Positions 14,649 to 25,610 of a stretch of 64,000 bases of DNA are shown here, in pieces. Within the stretch, counting starts at the first letter, position 1; every line of letters begins with the position of its first letter. The translations under genes were made by a program, and so were the position numbers. The notes beneath the pieces are model-generated. The model saw only the letters and a list, made by a program, of their open reading frames with translations. It was not told the DNA's origin and searched no databases. Origin of the DNA: Nitrospirota bacterium (GTDB lineage Bacteria > Nitrospirota > Nitrospiria > Nitrospirales > Nitrospiraceae); assembly GCA_013388555.1 (NCBI GenBank), contig JACAFD010000056.1:8331-72330 (forward strand). The letters are read 5' to 3'.

Positions 14649-15569
14649 ATGGAGGTTCCTCTGCATATTCCAGTTATGGCAGAGGAAGTCCTATTTTGGC
14701 TCGTTCGAGAGGATGCTCGAATCTATCTTGACTGCACAGTGGGATACAGTGGGCATGCTGAAAAAATTCTTGAGGCAACACAGGGTTCTGACAGTAGGCT
14801 TATCGGGCTTGATCGCGATGCGGTGGCCATAGCAGCTAGTCGAGACAGGCTTGCCCGGTTCGGCGACCGCGTGGTCCTTCTGCATGGTCACTTTGTAGAT
14901 CTGAAGCAGCACCTTGCTGGCAGGGGTATTGGGCAGGTCGATGGAATCTTGTTTGATCTTGGAGTCTCGTCCGCGCAGTTGGATGAGCCTACTCGAGGGT
15001 TCAGCTTTCAGGGGGATAGTCCGTTGGACATGCGTATGGATCAATCGATGAGCGGGACTGCCGCCGACCTGATCAATCGATGGCCGGAGGCACAGTTGGC
15101 CGACACGATTTTTCAGTTCGGCGAAGAACGGTTTTCTCGGAGGATTGCTCGCGCCATTGTTCATGCGCGTGAACGCCGTCCGTTGGCAACGACGAAAGAG
15201 TTAGTCTCAGTAATTGAAGGGGCCGTTCCGGCAAGTTATCGGCATGGCCGTATCCACTGTGCCACGAGAACGTTCCAAGCCTTTCGCATTGCAGTGAATC
15301 AAGAGCTCGACTGTCTCGAACCGGCCTTGCGCGATGCGGTAGATGCGCTGTCTCCCGGCGGCCGTCTCTGTGTGATTTCATTCCATTCGCTCGAAGATCG
15401 GATTGTCAAACACACGTTTCGAGCGCTCTCCGGCAAGAACAATCCTGCACTGCTGGTGCTTACCAAGAAGCCGCAGGTCCCCACCAGGGAGGAGTCGGAC
15501 CGGAATCCTCGATCCCGCAGCGCCAAGTTGCGGGCTGCTCAACGGGTATCCAGGGAGGGTCAATTATGA
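14649..15569 (+). CDS. rsmH: 16S rRNA (cytosine1402-N4)-methyltransferase RsmH (MraW)
   Basis: 306 aa. HIPVMAEEVL...DCTVGYSGHAEKIL...GILFDLGVSSAQLD is the RsmH signature. It is the first gene of the dcw cluster. Confidence 0.95.
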   Translation: MEVPLHIPVMAEEVLFWLVREDARIYLDCTVGYSGHAEKILEATQGSDSRLIGLDRDAVAIAASRDRLARFGDRVVLLHGHFVDLKQHLAGRGIGQVDGILFDLGVSSAQLDEPTRGFSFQGDSPLDMRMDQSMSGTAADLINRWPEAQLADTIFQFGEERFSRRIARAIVHARERRPLATTKELVSVIEGAVPASYRHGRIHCATRTFQAFRIAVNQELDCLEPALRDAVDALSPGGRLCVISFHSLEDRIVKHTFRALSGKNNPALLVLTKKPQVPTREESDRNPRSRSAKLRAAQRVSREGQL

Positions 15570-15901
15570 AGGCACTGACGATTGTGGCCGGCGTGATGTT
15601 GGTCTTCGTCTTTGTGTGGGAACGTGTCGATGTCGTCCGGTTGGGTTATCAGATCGAGCGACTGAAGACCCAGAAAGTATTGCTGGAGCGGGAGCGGGAT
15701 CAATTGCAAGTCAAATTTTCCGCGCTGACGGCTCCGGAGCGAATCGCGAAGGTGGCGACTGAAAAATTCGGGCTCGTTCCGCCGCTGCAGGGCCAAGTGC
15801 TGATGGTGCGTGCGCCGGAAGAGGTTCCAAGTCCGCCGCTCCCGTCCGTGGAGCAAGTCCGTCTGGCGAGACATATCTCAGGCGGGAGGGTAGGCGAGTG
15901 A
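15566..15901 (+). CDS. ftsL: Cell division protein FtsL
   Basis: 111 aa, with a single N-terminal TM segment (LTIVAGVMLVFVFVW) followed by a coiled coil. ATGA overlap with rsmH. Canonical position between rsmH and ftsI. Confidence 0.8.
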   Translation: MKALTIVAGVMLVFVFVWERVDVVRLGYQIERLKTQKVLLERERDQLQVKFSALTAPERIAKVATEKFGLVPPLQGQVLMVRAPEEVPSPPLPSVEQVRLARHISGGRVGE

Positions 15902-17616
15902 CTGCCGGCCCTTCTCGCGGTCGCCGCTACGTGATGCTGCTTCTACTCCTCTGTGGGTTCGGCATCATTCTGTTTCGGCTGGTTACGCTTCAAGTGCTTC
16001 AAGCTGCAGAACTCACGGCTCGAGCTGATCGGCAACATCAAAAGACTGTGTCCTTCGAAGGGGCCAGAGGCATGGTGTCTGATCGCCACGGCAAAGTGCT
16101 TGCGATGAATGTGGAGGTGCCGTCCGTGTTCGGCGTACCGACGTCGTTGGAGAGTCCGTCGACGGTCGCCCGGACTCTTTCGCCGGTGCTCAATGTTCGA
16201 AGCGCTGAGCTTGAGAGAAAGCTCCGGCAAGACAAGAGCTTCGTGTGGTTGGCGCGAAAGGTCGAGCCTGAGCAAGGTCGCCGGCTGGAGCAATTGTCCT
16301 TGGATGGCATCGGTGTGGTGATGGAGGGAAGGCGGTTTTATCCCAAAGGTCCGTTGCTGGCTCATGTCCTCGGATTTTCCGGGATGGACGGCCAAGGGCT
16401 TGAGGGGCTCGAGCGCCGGTACGATTCGCATCTGCATGGAGAAAAACGCGTCACTGTGTTGCAGCGCGATGCATTAGGTCGAACGGTTTTTCCTAAAGGT
16501 TTGGCGGAACAAGTGCCTACGCCCGGACATTCTTTGACGCTGACCGTGGATGAGGTCATCCAATACATTGCAGAAAAAGAACTTGAGGAGGCTGTTACTC
16601 ATTCCCGCGCCAAGTCCGGGACTGTCATCGTCATGGAGCCACGCTCCGGAGCGATTCTTGCGCTCGCCATCAGCCCAAGATTCGATCCGAACGTTGTCGC
16701 TGCGTTGACACCCGATCGGTGGCGCAATCGCGCACTCACAGATACGTACGAGCCCGGGTCAACCATGAAAATAGTGGTTGCGGCCGCGGCACTTGAAGAA
16801 AAAGTGATGACGCCAGACTCTTTGGTCTTCGGTGAAAACGGCCGCATGGTGATTGCAAATACAACTATTCACGATCATGAAAAACAGGGATGGATGACGT
16901 TCTCTGAAGTGATCCAAAAATCCAGCAACATCGGCACTGCCAAAGCCGGAATGGCTCTGGGAGAGCAGCGGCTCTATCGCTACCTCCAAGCATTTGGATT
17001 CGGTCAACGCACTGAGATCGACTTGCCGGGTGAAGTAAGCGGACTTTTGAAGGGCCCAAAAGACTGGGGCCGCCGGTCACTGGCATCCATTTCGATGGGG
17101 CAGGAAGTCGGGGTGACACCTCTCCAGATGGTGGCGGCGGTGGCGACCCTCGCCAATGGGGGAGTGATGATGAAGCCCTATGTGGTGTCCGAGGTTCGGG
17201 ATGAGAAAGGCCGCTTGCTCAAAGAAGTTCTCCCGCAAGTAAAGCGGCGTGTCGTGTCACCGGACACGGCCAGGATGATGACGACGATGTTGGAAGGCGT
17301 CGTGACGAATGGGACCGGGGCGAAGGGGGCTATTCCTGGATTTCGCGTGGCAGGTAAAACCGGGACCGCGCAAAAGATCGATCCGCGAACCGGCGCCTAT
17401 TCCTCCACGCAGTTCGTCGGATCATTTGTCGGGTTTGTGCCGGCAGAAGCTCCGCGGTTGGCGATGATCGTGATTCTTGATGAACCCCAGGGCGAAGCTT
17501 GGGGTGGGACCGTGGCAGCACCCGTCTTTAGTCGGGTTGGGGAACAGGTGCTTAACTATCTCGGCGTGTCCAGGGAAGACACTGTGAAAATCGCACTGGC
17601 GATGAAGGACAACTAG
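15898..17616 (+). CDS. ftsI: Peptidoglycan D,D-transpeptidase FtsI (PBP3)
   Basis: 572 aa, with the STMK, SSN (KSSNIG) and KTGT (AGKTGTAQ) motifs. The GTG start overlaps the ftsL stop. Confidence 0.95.
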   Translation: MTAGPSRGRRYVMLLLLLCGFGIILFRLVTLQVLQAAELTARADRQHQKTVSFEGARGMVSDRHGKVLAMNVEVPSVFGVPTSLESPSTVARTLSPVLNVRSAELERKLRQDKSFVWLARKVEPEQGRRLEQLSLDGIGVVMEGRRFYPKGPLLAHVLGFSGMDGQGLEGLERRYDSHLHGEKRVTVLQRDALGRTVFPKGLAEQVPTPGHSLTLTVDEVIQYIAEKELEEAVTHSRAKSGTVIVMEPRSGAILALAISPRFDPNVVAALTPDRWRNRALTDTYEPGSTMKIVVAAAALEEKVMTPDSLVFGENGRMVIANTTIHDHEKQGWMTFSEVIQKSSNIGTAKAGMALGEQRLYRYLQAFGFGQRTEIDLPGEVSGLLKGPKDWGRRSLASISMGQEVGVTPLQMVAAVATLANGGVMMKPYVVSEVRDEKGRLLKEVLPQVKRRVVSPDTARMMTTMLEGVVTNGTGAKGAIPGFRVAGKTGTAQKIDPRTGAYSSTQFVGSFVGFVPAEAPRLAMIVILDEPQGEAWGGTVAAPVFSRVGEQVLNYLGVSREDTVKIALAMKDN

Positions 17617-17622
17617 GAGACC

Positions 17623-19140
17623 ATGGCCCGCGCACCCATCACCATCAAGCAGTTGCTCACGGCGCTCCGTGGACAGGTCGAGGTGTTGGAGCAGCGAGGC
17701 GATACGAATCGTCTCGTGCATGCAATTACCGATGATTCGCGGGCTGTGACGGACGGGAGCCTTTTTGTTGCCGTCAAGGGTGAGCGTGTCGATGGTCATG
17801 GATTTGTCGCGCAGGCCATCAAGGCAAGAGCCGTTGCGGTGGTTGCGCAAGCGCCTGTGCCTTCAGAGACGTTACCCTTCGTGCTGGTGGCTGATTCGCG
17901 CAAGGCGCTCGGTCTTCTCGGCAGCCGGTTTTACGGAGACCCATCCGCTAGTCTGAAAATGATTGGTGTAACGGGCACGAATGGGAAGACGACAACGACG
18001 TATCTCTGCAAAGCGTTACTGGAAGGGATTGGCCAACGGGTGGGGTTGATCGGCACGGTGGGGCACCAGATCGGCCAGGAGACACTTCCGGCTTCTCACA
18101 CGACGCCAGGTGCGCTCGACCTTCAAGAACTCTTGGCAAAGATGGTCGAAAGCAGACTTACCGCCGCAGTGATGGAAGTGTCGTCCCATGCCCTCGCATT
18201 AGACCGGACCCTGGGCTGCGAGTATGACATGGCGGTCTTCACGAACCTCACGCAGGATCATCTCGATTTTCATCGCACGATGGATGAGTACTTTGCGGCG
18301 AAGTTGCGTCTATTTACCGGATTGGCCGGGGGGAAGAAGGCTGGGAAACGCGCCTTCGTCAATATAGACGATCCACGTGGGGCTGCGGTTCTGGCAGCCT
18401 GTCCTGTGCCGGTCTGGAGGTATGCCATTCAGAACCAGGCCGATCTCAGGGCAGAACGAGTGCGTCTATCGCTTGCCGGGACCACCTTCTCTGCGGCGAC
18501 TCCCGCAGGCACGTTTACCGTCGAGAGTCGATTGGTCGGGGAGCACAACGTCTACAACTTGCTGGGGGCGATTGGGGTGGCACTACAGGAAGGCGCCACA
18601 CCCGATCAGATCTGCGAAGCAACCGCCCATATCACCAATGTTCCGGGTCGCTTCGAGAGGGTCTCTTCCGGACAAGATTTTACAGTCGTCGTCGATTATG
18701 CCCATACAGAAGATGCACTCCTCAGATTGCTGACGGCAGCACAAACGTTGAAGGCCGGGCGGATCATTACCGTCTTCGGCTGTGGAGGTGACCGGGATCG
18801 GGGGAAGCGGCCCAAGATGGGTCGCACCGCCGTGGAGTACAGCGACGTGGTGGTCTTGACTTCTGATAATCCTCGAACCGAGGACCCGATGGCCATTCTC
18901 CGCGAGGTAGAAGTCGGCGTGCGCGATGCGCTAGCGCGACGAGGCCATGTGCAGTATCACTTGGTACCGGACCGGCGTGAGGCGATCAGCGCCGCCATCC
19001 GCGAGGCGCACGGCGGCGATATGGTGCTCATTGCCGGTAAGGGCCATGAAGACTATCAGATCATCGGAACCAAGAAGTTTCATTTTGACGATCGTGAGGT
19101 GGCTCGCGAAGCGATTCAGCAATTGCGGGATTGCGCGTGA
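17623..19140 (+). CDS. murE: UDP-N-acetylmuramoyl-L-alanyl-D-glutamate--2,6-diaminopimelate ligase MurE
   Basis: 505 aa. Mur ligase P-loop VTGTNGKTTTTYL. Has the DNPR motif (TSDNPRTEDP) typical of mDAP-adding MurE. Confidence 0.95.
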   Translation: MARAPITIKQLLTALRGQVEVLEQRGDTNRLVHAITDDSRAVTDGSLFVAVKGERVDGHGFVAQAIKARAVAVVAQAPVPSETLPFVLVADSRKALGLLGSRFYGDPSASLKMIGVTGTNGKTTTTYLCKALLEGIGQRVGLIGTVGHQIGQETLPASHTTPGALDLQELLAKMVESRLTAAVMEVSSHALALDRTLGCEYDMAVFTNLTQDHLDFHRTMDEYFAAKLRLFTGLAGGKKAGKRAFVNIDDPRGAAVLAACPVPVWRYAIQNQADLRAERVRLSLAGTTFSAATPAGTFTVESRLVGEHNVYNLLGAIGVALQEGATPDQICEATAHITNVPGRFERVSSGQDFTVVVDYAHTEDALLRLLTAAQTLKAGRIITVFGCGGDRDRGKRPKMGRTAVEYSDVVVLTSDNPRTEDPMAILREVEVGVRDALARRGHVQYHLVPDRREAISAAIREAHGGDMVLIAGKGHEDYQIIGTKKFHFDDREVAREAIQQLRDCA

Positions 19141-19181
19141 AAGGCCAAGCCACGGTCGGGATCGCACAGGATGAGGAATCG

Positions 19182-20636
19182 ATGGGACTCTTTACGGTCG
19201 AGGAAATACGAGAAGTCATCAGCGTGAAGGTCCTCGCGGGGCAGGACTCCTTATCGGGGAAACACCTGATCAGACAGATCAGTACAGATTCCCGGTCGGT
19301 TCGGCGCGGCGATTTATTTGTAGCGCTCAGGGGCGAACACTACGACGGTCATGAGTTTGTGCCTGCCGTCCTCGCTCAGGGCGCAGCCGGAGCCATCGTT
19401 CACGATCAATACCGCCTTCCTCCAAGCTCTGCAGCAGTACGCCGGGTCGACAGCCGACCTCTGCCCTTTCTTTTCGGCGTGCGCGATCCCCTGTTTGCCT
19501 ACCAACAATTGGCGACCCATCACCGCAGCCGGTTCCATATCCCTATCGTGGCGGTGACCGGGAGCAACGGCAAAACGACGACGAAAGACATGGTGGCGGC
19601 TGTGCTGGCCCAGCGGTGGCCGGTGTTGAAGACTGAGGGAAATTTCAACAATCGGATCGGCGTGCCGGCTACCCTTTTTCGGCTCACGACTCGCCATCAT
19701 GCGGCCGTCATTGAGATGGGGGTGGATCAGCAGGGGCAGACGACCAGACTCTGTGAGATTGTGAAGCCTACGGTCGGGTTGATTACCAATATTGGCCCCG
19801 ATCATCTCGAATTCTTCGGAAGCATGGAAGGGTCGGCACAGGCCAAGGCCGAATTGTTGGACATGCTTCCGACCGATGGCACGGCGATTCTCAACGCCGA
19901 CGATCACTACTTTGACTACCTCGCTGCGCGTGCACGATGCCGTGTTATATCGTTCGGTTTTTCCGAGATGGCTGATGTCCGAGCGAGCGGGGTCACGTCC
20001 GATGTCCGCCAGGGAACGACCTTTCGCTTGCACCTTCCCGGAAGGAGCCGCCCCACCACTATTCGAATCAAGGTCCATGGGACCCACAACGTCACCAACG
20101 CGCTCGCCGCGGCGGCGGCGGGTGCTGCATTGAGCTTGTCCGGTTCGATGATCGCCCAAGGACTAGGCCGTTTCCGTCCTGCTGCGATGCGGTCGCAGGT
20201 CGTGACCCATCATGGCGTCCATATCATCAACGATTGCTACAACGCCAACCCTGCTTCGATGAGAGCGGCGCTCCAATTGCTGGCCGAGTGGAGTCCCGCA
20301 CGCGAACGGATTGCCGTGTTGGGAGACATGTTGGAACTTGGTCCTGAGACCAAGCAGATGCACCGAGACGTCGGACAGTTTCTCGCCACGCAGGGGCTGT
20401 CGCGGTTGCTTGTCTGCGGGACGCTGGGTCGGGATATTGCGGAGGGGGCCCGGAGGGGCGGTATGGCCGGTTCGCAGATCGACGAAGTCGTCGATGCAGC
20501 CGCCGCGGCCGATCACCTCAAGAAGATCGTACGGCAAGGTGATGTCGTGTTGGTGAAAGCCTCCCGCGGTTTGAAAATGGAGCAGGTTGTACAGGTTCTC
20601 ACGGGGATGAGGGCAGTCATCAAACGGGCCTCGTAA
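19182..20636 (+). CDS. murF: UDP-N-acetylmuramoyl-tripeptide--D-alanyl-D-alanine ligase MurF
   Basis: Mur ligase P-loop VTGSNGKTTTKDM. I prefer ATG 19182, which has GAGGA 4 nt upstream, over the TTG at 19131 offered by the track. Confidence 0.9.
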   Translation: MGLFTVEEIREVISVKVLAGQDSLSGKHLIRQISTDSRSVRRGDLFVALRGEHYDGHEFVPAVLAQGAAGAIVHDQYRLPPSSAAVRRVDSRPLPFLFGVRDPLFAYQQLATHHRSRFHIPIVAVTGSNGKTTTKDMVAAVLAQRWPVLKTEGNFNNRIGVPATLFRLTTRHHAAVIEMGVDQQGQTTRLCEIVKPTVGLITNIGPDHLEFFGSMEGSAQAKAELLDMLPTDGTAILNADDHYFDYLAARARCRVISFGFSEMADVRASGVTSDVRQGTTFRLHLPGRSRPTTIRIKVHGTHNVTNALAAAAAGAALSLSGSMIAQGLGRFRPAAMRSQVVTHHGVHIINDCYNANPASMRAALQLLAEWSPARERIAVLGDMLELGPETKQMHRDVGQFLATQGLSRLLVCGTLGRDIAEGARRGGMAGSQIDEVVDAAAAADHLKKIVRQGDVVLVKASRGLKMEQVVQVLTGMRAVIKRAS

Positions 20637-20702
20637 GGAGCGGAGCCAATTCCACGCAAAAGTCGGCCGGGCGGACAGGCTCATTCTTAAGGTAAAGGCG
20701 GC

Positions 20703-21779
20703 ATGCTCTACAACTGGCTATACCCGTTTCATACGGATTATTCGTTTCTGAACGTCTTCCGGTATTTGAGTTTCCGGATTATCTATGCGGCGGTGACAGC
20801 GTTCTTGATCGCCTTTGTGCTGGCCCCACAGGTGATCAAGAAGTTGCAAAGCATGAAGCTGGGTCAGCAGATTCGCGACGATGGTCCTAAGAGTCATATG
20901 GCGAAGAGTGGTACACCTACCATGGGCGGGATTCTCATTCTGTTCGCCGTGGTCCTTTCGACGCTTCTCTGGGCAGACATTGCGAAGCCGTATGTCTGGC
21001 TTGTGCTCACCGCCATCCTGGGGTTCGGAGCGATCGGATTTGCCGATGACTATCTCAAGTTCATCAAGGCTCAATCGAAGGGATTGTCGCCGTGGCAGAA
21101 ATTTACGGCGCAAGTGGCTCTGGCCTTGGCGATTGCGTTGGTTCTCTACTTCCTACCCGGCTATTCGACCAAACTCAGTATCCCATTTTTCAAGAATTTC
21201 GTTCCGGATCTCGGCTGGTTCTACGTTGTCTTTGCCGTAGTGGTAATTGTCGGGAGTTCCAATGCTGTCAATTTGACCGATGGCCTCGATGGATTGGCGA
21301 TCGGACCGGTCATGATCACGGCCTTGGCCTATACCATCGTGGCTTATGTCGCCGGTCATCGACTCATGTCGGACTATCTGCTCATTCAGCACATAGAAGG
21401 CGCGGGTGAACTTGCGGTGTTCACCGCCGCCATCCTGGGAGCGAGTCTAGGGTTTCTGTGGTTCAACACCTATCCGGCTTCCGTGTTTATGGGAGATGTA
21501 GGATCACTTCCGCTGGGAGCTGCGCTGGGCACGGTTGCGGTAATCAGCAAGCACGAGTTGCTGCTCCTGATGGTCGGTGGGGTGTTTGTGATTGAAGCGG
21601 TCTCGGTCATTTTTCAGGTGATCTCATTCAAGTCGCGCGGGAAACGTATTTTTCTCATGGCGCCCATCCATCATCACTTTGAGATGAAAGGGTGGGAGGA
21701 GCCGAAGGTCGTCGTGCGCTTGTGGATCATCGCCATCCTGCTGGCGTTATTGAGTCTGAGTACCTTAAAGCTTCGGTGA
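20703..21779 (+). CDS. mraY: Phospho-N-acetylmuramoyl-pentapeptide transferase MraY
   Basis: 358 aa and polytopic. Motifs [22 protein letters not shown] and PIHHHFE are present. Confidence 0.95.
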   Translation: MLYNWLYPFHTDYSFLNVFRYLSFRIIYAAVTAFLIAFVLAPQVIKKLQSMKLGQQIRDDGPKSHMAKSGTPTMGGILILFAVVLSTLLWADIAKPYVWLVLTAILGFGAIGFADDYLKFIKAQSKGLSPWQKFTAQVALALAIALVLYFLPGYSTKLSIPFFKNFVPDLGWFYVVFAVVVIVGSSNAVNLTDGLDGLAIGPVMITALAYTIVAYVAGHRLMSDYLLIQHIEGAGELAVFTAAILGASLGFLWFNTYPASVFMGDVGSLPLGAALGTVAVISKHELLLLMVGGVFVIEAVSVIFQVISFKSRGKRIFLMAPIHHHFEMKGWEEPKVVVRLWIIAILLALLSLSTLKLR

Positions 21780-21783
21780 TGAC

Positions 21784-23193
21784 ATGGTGGGAGCAGCATC
21801 TGTGGAACTTGCGGGCGCGCGCGTTACGGTATTGGGACTTGCCAGGAGCGGTGTGGCAGCTTGCCGGCTGCTTCAGGCAGCGGGAGCACGTGTCACGGTA
21901 GCCGATCGAAAGGAATCAGAGGAGTTGGCATCGGTCCTCGGCGCCATCGACCGCGATCACGTCGGTGTGAGCGTCGGGGCGCGTTACGAATCGTCGCTCG
22001 ATGAAGCGGACCTGGTGGTCATCAGCCCCGGAATACCTTATCGGCTGGGCCCGCTCGAAGCGGTGCGTCGGCGTGGCGTGAAGGTGATCAGTGAATTGGA
22101 GTTGGCCTCGCAGTTCATCCGAAGCCCGCTCCTTGCTATTACCGGTACCAATGGCAAGAGCACAACTGTGACTTTGATCGGAAAGTTTCTCACAGAAGGC
22201 GGTCAGCGGGCATTTGTCGGCGGTAATTTGGGCATTGCCTTGAGCGAAGCGGTGGTGGAAGACCTTCGCGCCAGCCAGTCAGGGAAGTCGAGCCCGTACG
22301 ACTATCTCGTCGTGGAGGTCTCCAGTTTTCAGCTTGAAACAATTGACCGGTTCCACCCCTGGATCGCTGCCTTGCTCAACGTGACAGTTGATCACCAGGA
22401 CCGTTATGAGTCGTTGGATGAATACGTCATGGCGAAACAACGGATCTTCGAGAATCAAACCGCGTCTGATTTCGCGCTGTTCAACCTGGACGATGATCGT
22501 GTGGCCGGGCTGCGACATCGCGTCCGTGCGAAGCGCCTTGGGTTTGCGACCGCGTCGACGATCGGCGCTGATTTGTCGGGGGGGACCTACCTCGAAGGAG
22601 ACCGGATCGTGACGACGGTTACCGGCGTACGGCAAGAGATTTGTTGCCGAAGCGAGATCCGCATCATCGGCAACCACAACGTGGGCAATGTCATGGCGGC
22701 CGCGACCTATGCCGTGCTGTGCGGATGTCCTCTCGACGCGATTCGTCGCGTGCTCGCGACCTTTCCCGGGCTCGAACATGCCCTAGAGATCGTCCGCGAG
22801 CGTCGAGGGGTTCGGTTTGTGAATGATTCGAAGGGTACGAATGTCGATGCCACGCTCAAAGCGCTGGAGAGCATCGATACACCGATTTGGCTCATTGCCG
22901 GTGGACGAGATAAGGGTGGCGATTTTTCGCGACTTGCCCAGGCGGTCAGCCGGCGGGTCACGCACGTGATTCTGATCGGAGAAGCGGCGCCTCTGTTGCG
23001 ACAGGCTTGGGAGGGTATCGCCACGATGACTGAGGCGGCCACCTTGCGGGATGCTGTGGATCTTGCGGCACAGGGGGCATCGCCGGGTGAGGTCGTATTG
23101 TTGTCCCCGGCCTGTGCCAGCTTCGACATGTTTGCGGACTATCAAGACCGTGGTCGTCAATTCAAGGCATTGGTCCATGCCTTACCGGCGTGA
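21784..23193 (+). CDS. murD: UDP-N-acetylmuramoylalanine--D-glutamate ligase MurD
   Basis: 469 aa. N-terminal Rossmann segment [11 protein letters not shown]-loop [15 protein letters not shown]. Confidence 0.95.
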   Translation: MVGAASVELAGARVTVLGLARSGVAACRLLQAAGARVTVADRKESEELASVLGAIDRDHVGVSVGARYESSLDEADLVVISPGIPYRLGPLEAVRRRGVKVISELELASQFIRSPLLAITGTNGKSTTVTLIGKFLTEGGQRAFVGGNLGIALSEAVVEDLRASQSGKSSPYDYLVVEVSSFQLETIDRFHPWIAALLNVTVDHQDRYESLDEYVMAKQRIFENQTASDFALFNLDDDRVAGLRHRVRAKRLGFATASTIGADLSGGTYLEGDRIVTTVTGVRQEICCRSEIRIIGNHNVGNVMAAATYAVLCGCPLDAIRRVLATFPGLEHALEIVRERRGVRFVNDSKGTNVDATLKALESIDTPIWLIAGGRDKGGDFSRLAQAVSRRVTHVILIGEAAPLLRQAWEGIATMTEAATLRDAVDLAAQGASPGEVVLLSPACASFDMFADYQDRGRQFKALVHALPA

Positions 23194-23225
23194 AGTGCAA
23201 GGCAAGGGAGGGGCAGCTCTGAGCA

Positions 23226-24422
23226 ATGGCGCATCGATCAGAGGGGACTCTGGCGCTTCCATGGTCCCAAACCAATCAGCGATCGGGCAAGCAGCGGGTG
23301 GCGGCAGACCATACGCTGCTGGCGATCACCATGATCCTGGCGGTGGTAGGACTTGTCATGGTGTTCAGCGCGAGTGCCGTTGTGGCAGGCAACCGGTTCC
23401 AGGATCCAGGATTTTTTCTGAAGCGACAAGTCGCCTGGCTCGCGTTCGGCCTTCTGTTGATGCAACTCACGTCGCGTATCGATTACACGTTGTGGAAGAA
23501 GCTCTCTGTTCCGATGCTGGCATGCATGTTGCTCCTTCTCGTCTTGGTGCTGGTGCCGTCGCTCGGTGTGTCAGCAAAGGGGGCGCGGCGATGGTTGCGG
23601 GTGGGGCCTCTGTCGGTTCAACCGGCGGAAATGGTCAAGCTCGTGGCGGTCATCTTCATGGCGGCGTATCTGACCAGAAAAGGAGACAAGATTACACTGT
23701 TTCGCGATGGTCTTCTGCCGGCCCTGATCGTGATCGGCCTGCTGAGCGGGCTGGTGCTGCTCGAGCCGGACTTGGGGACGGTCGTGGTACTTGGACTGGT
23801 GACGGTCGGGATGTGTTTTCTCGCTGGAGCGCGTATGTCCCATCTCCTGGCCTTAGGCTTTTGCGCAATTCCGATCGTGCTCGTGCTGGTCCTTGGTTCG
23901 AGTTATCGGCGCCAACGGCTCATGACGTTTTTGGCTCCATGGAAGGATGCATCGGATGCCGGCTTCCAAATCACGCAATCCTTCTTGGCCTTCGGCAGCG
24001 GCGGTCCGTTCGGAGTGGGTTTGGGAGAGGGCAAACAGAAACTCTACTTTCTCCCCGAGGCGCATACAGACTTTGTTCTGGCGCTGGTCGGCGAAGAACT
24101 GGGGTTTATCGGGACCGCCATCGTGACCCTGCTATTTGCATTTTTTGTGTGGCGGGGGTTTCAGATCGCCGCACGCGCCCGGGTGCCGTTCGGCCGTTAC
24201 CTGGGCATGGGCATTACTCTATTGATCGGGGGTCAAGCGCTGGTGAACGCAGCGGTAGTGACGGGGCTTTTGCCGACCAAAGGGCTCACCCTGCCGTTTG
24301 TCAGCTACGGAGGGTCGTCGTTGGTGGTCAGTCTGATGGGGGTGGGGATCCTACTGAGTATCTCCCGCGACCGGCATGCCGGTGGGTCCCGAGGTGGACG
24401 TGGTGGGTTGGATCACGAATGA
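23226..24422 (+). CDS. ftsW: SEDS-family peptidoglycan glycosyltransferase FtsW
   Basis: 398 aa and polytopic. LPEAHTDFV and GLLPTKGLTLPFVSYGGSS are SEDS hallmarks. Located between murD and murG. Confidence 0.93.
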   Translation: MAHRSEGTLALPWSQTNQRSGKQRVAADHTLLAITMILAVVGLVMVFSASAVVAGNRFQDPGFFLKRQVAWLAFGLLLMQLTSRIDYTLWKKLSVPMLACMLLLLVLVLVPSLGVSAKGARRWLRVGPLSVQPAEMVKLVAVIFMAAYLTRKGDKITLFRDGLLPALIVIGLLSGLVLLEPDLGTVVVLGLVTVGMCFLAGARMSHLLALGFCAIPIVLVLVLGSSYRRQRLMTFLAPWKDASDAGFQITQSFLAFGSGGPFGVGLGEGKQKLYFLPEAHTDFVLALVGEELGFIGTAIVTLLFAFFVWRGFQIAARARVPFGRYLGMGITLLIGGQALVNAAVVTGLLPTKGLTLPFVSYGGSSLVVSLMGVGILLSISRDRHAGGSRGGRGGLDHE

Positions 24423-25543
24423 CGATCGTCATTGCAGCAGGAGGAACTGGTGGCCATCTCTATCCGGCTGTGGACTTGGCGCGAGAATTTCTCCGGCGCG
24501 ATCCCACGACAACGGTGCTCTTTGTGGGAACCGCTCGCGGGCTTGAATCGAATGTGCTCAACCACGAGGGATTTGACCTGGCCTTGATCAGTGCCAAGCC
24601 GGTAATGGGCAAGGGGCTGTGGGGGGTAGTGACCGGCTTGTGCGCGATGCCGGTCAGTTTAGGGCAGTGTCTACGGATACTGAAAGTGAGACGGGCTGAT
24701 CTGGTGATCGGGGTCGGCGGGTATACGAGTCCCATGATGATTCTCGCTGCCGCATTGAGGGGGGTGGTGCGTGTGATTCTTGAGCCAAATTCAAGTCCCG
24801 GCATGGCCAACAAAGCGGTAGGACTGCTCGCGCATCGAGTCTTTCTCGCGTTCGAATCGGCGGCTGACTCGTTCGATCCTTCGAAGGTACGTGTAGTAGG
24901 GACACCGATTCGCAAGGCGTTCCTAGAGGGTAGTCACAGGGGCCGAGAGAAGTCGGAGCCGTTCCATCTCTTGGTGTTCGGCGGGAGCCAGGGGGCGAAG
25001 GCGGTGAATACGGCGGTGATGGGAGCGTTGTCCGAACTGATGACGCAACTGCCACAGTTTACCGCAACTCATCAGACCGGCGGGTCTGATCATGCGCGGG
25101 TGGCTGGGGCCTATCGTCTCGCAGGCATTGAGTCACGAGTCGAAGCCGTGCCATTCCTCTACGATATGCCCGCGGCATTGCGGGAAGCGGATCTGGTCAT
25201 TGCGAGGGCCGGGGCTATGACAGTGGCCGAGCTCTCAGCCTGTGGAAAGCCGGCTATCCTGATTCCGCTGCCGTCGGCTATCTATGACCACCAGACAAAG
25301 AATGCCAAGGTGATGGAGGCGGCAGGTGGCGCCGTGGTGCTCCCGCAATCTACGCTCACGGGACCCGCGTTGGCTCGCACAGTGGTGGGCATTCTTGGGA
25401 ACCCCCAGCGATTGCAAGAGATGGGGGCGGCCAGTCTGTCGATGAGGCGAATAGATGCGGCCGAGGCGATCGTTCATGAATGTTACCTACTCATGGGGGG
25501 CCATCATGATGTCAACCACTCTGTTGGAGCGGCAGGGATCTAA
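24419..25543 (+). CDS. murG: UDP-N-acetylglucosamine--N-acetylmuramyl-(pentapeptide) pyrophosphoryl-undecaprenol GlcNAc transferase MurG
   Basis: MTIVIAAGGTGGHLYPA is the N-terminal G-loop. ATG 24419 overlaps the ftsW stop (ATGA). The 830-aa track ORF 23051..25543 is this gene plus an out-of-frame shadow over ftsW. Confidence 0.93.
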   Translation: MTIVIAAGGTGGHLYPAVDLAREFLRRDPTTTVLFVGTARGLESNVLNHEGFDLALISAKPVMGKGLWGVVTGLCAMPVSLGQCLRILKVRRADLVIGVGGYTSPMMILAAALRGVVRVILEPNSSPGMANKAVGLLAHRVFLAFESAADSFDPSKVRVVGTPIRKAFLEGSHRGREKSEPFHLLVFGGSQGAKAVNTAVMGALSELMTQLPQFTATHQTGGSDHARVAGAYRLAGIESRVEAVPFLYDMPAALREADLVIARAGAMTVAELSACGKPAILIPLPSAIYDHQTKNAKVMEAAGGAVVLPQSTLTGPALARTVVGILGNPQRLQEMGAASLSMRRIDAAEAIVHECYLLMGGHHDVNHSVGAAGI

Positions 25544-25610
25544 TGAGATTGGGCAACGCGGACAGGGTTCACAGTCGCGGTCCCTGGTCGGTGGAGTAAG
25601 GCGCGTGTCG

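Noticed and set aside
14334-14666. 110-aa minus-strand ORF in the gap upstream of rsmH
   Set aside because: It covers the structured element and the dcw promoter and runs into rsmH. It has no ribosome-binding site and an odd Cys/Trp-rich composition, so the region is more plausibly non-coding.
23051-25543. 830-aa ORF spanning the murD end, ftsW and murG
   Set aside because: Only its last 374 codons (from ATG 24419, MTIVIAAGGTGGHLYPA) look like a real protein, namely MurG. The upstream part is an Arg/Gly/Ala-rich out-of-frame shadow over ftsW, which is well supported in its own frame (23226..24422).
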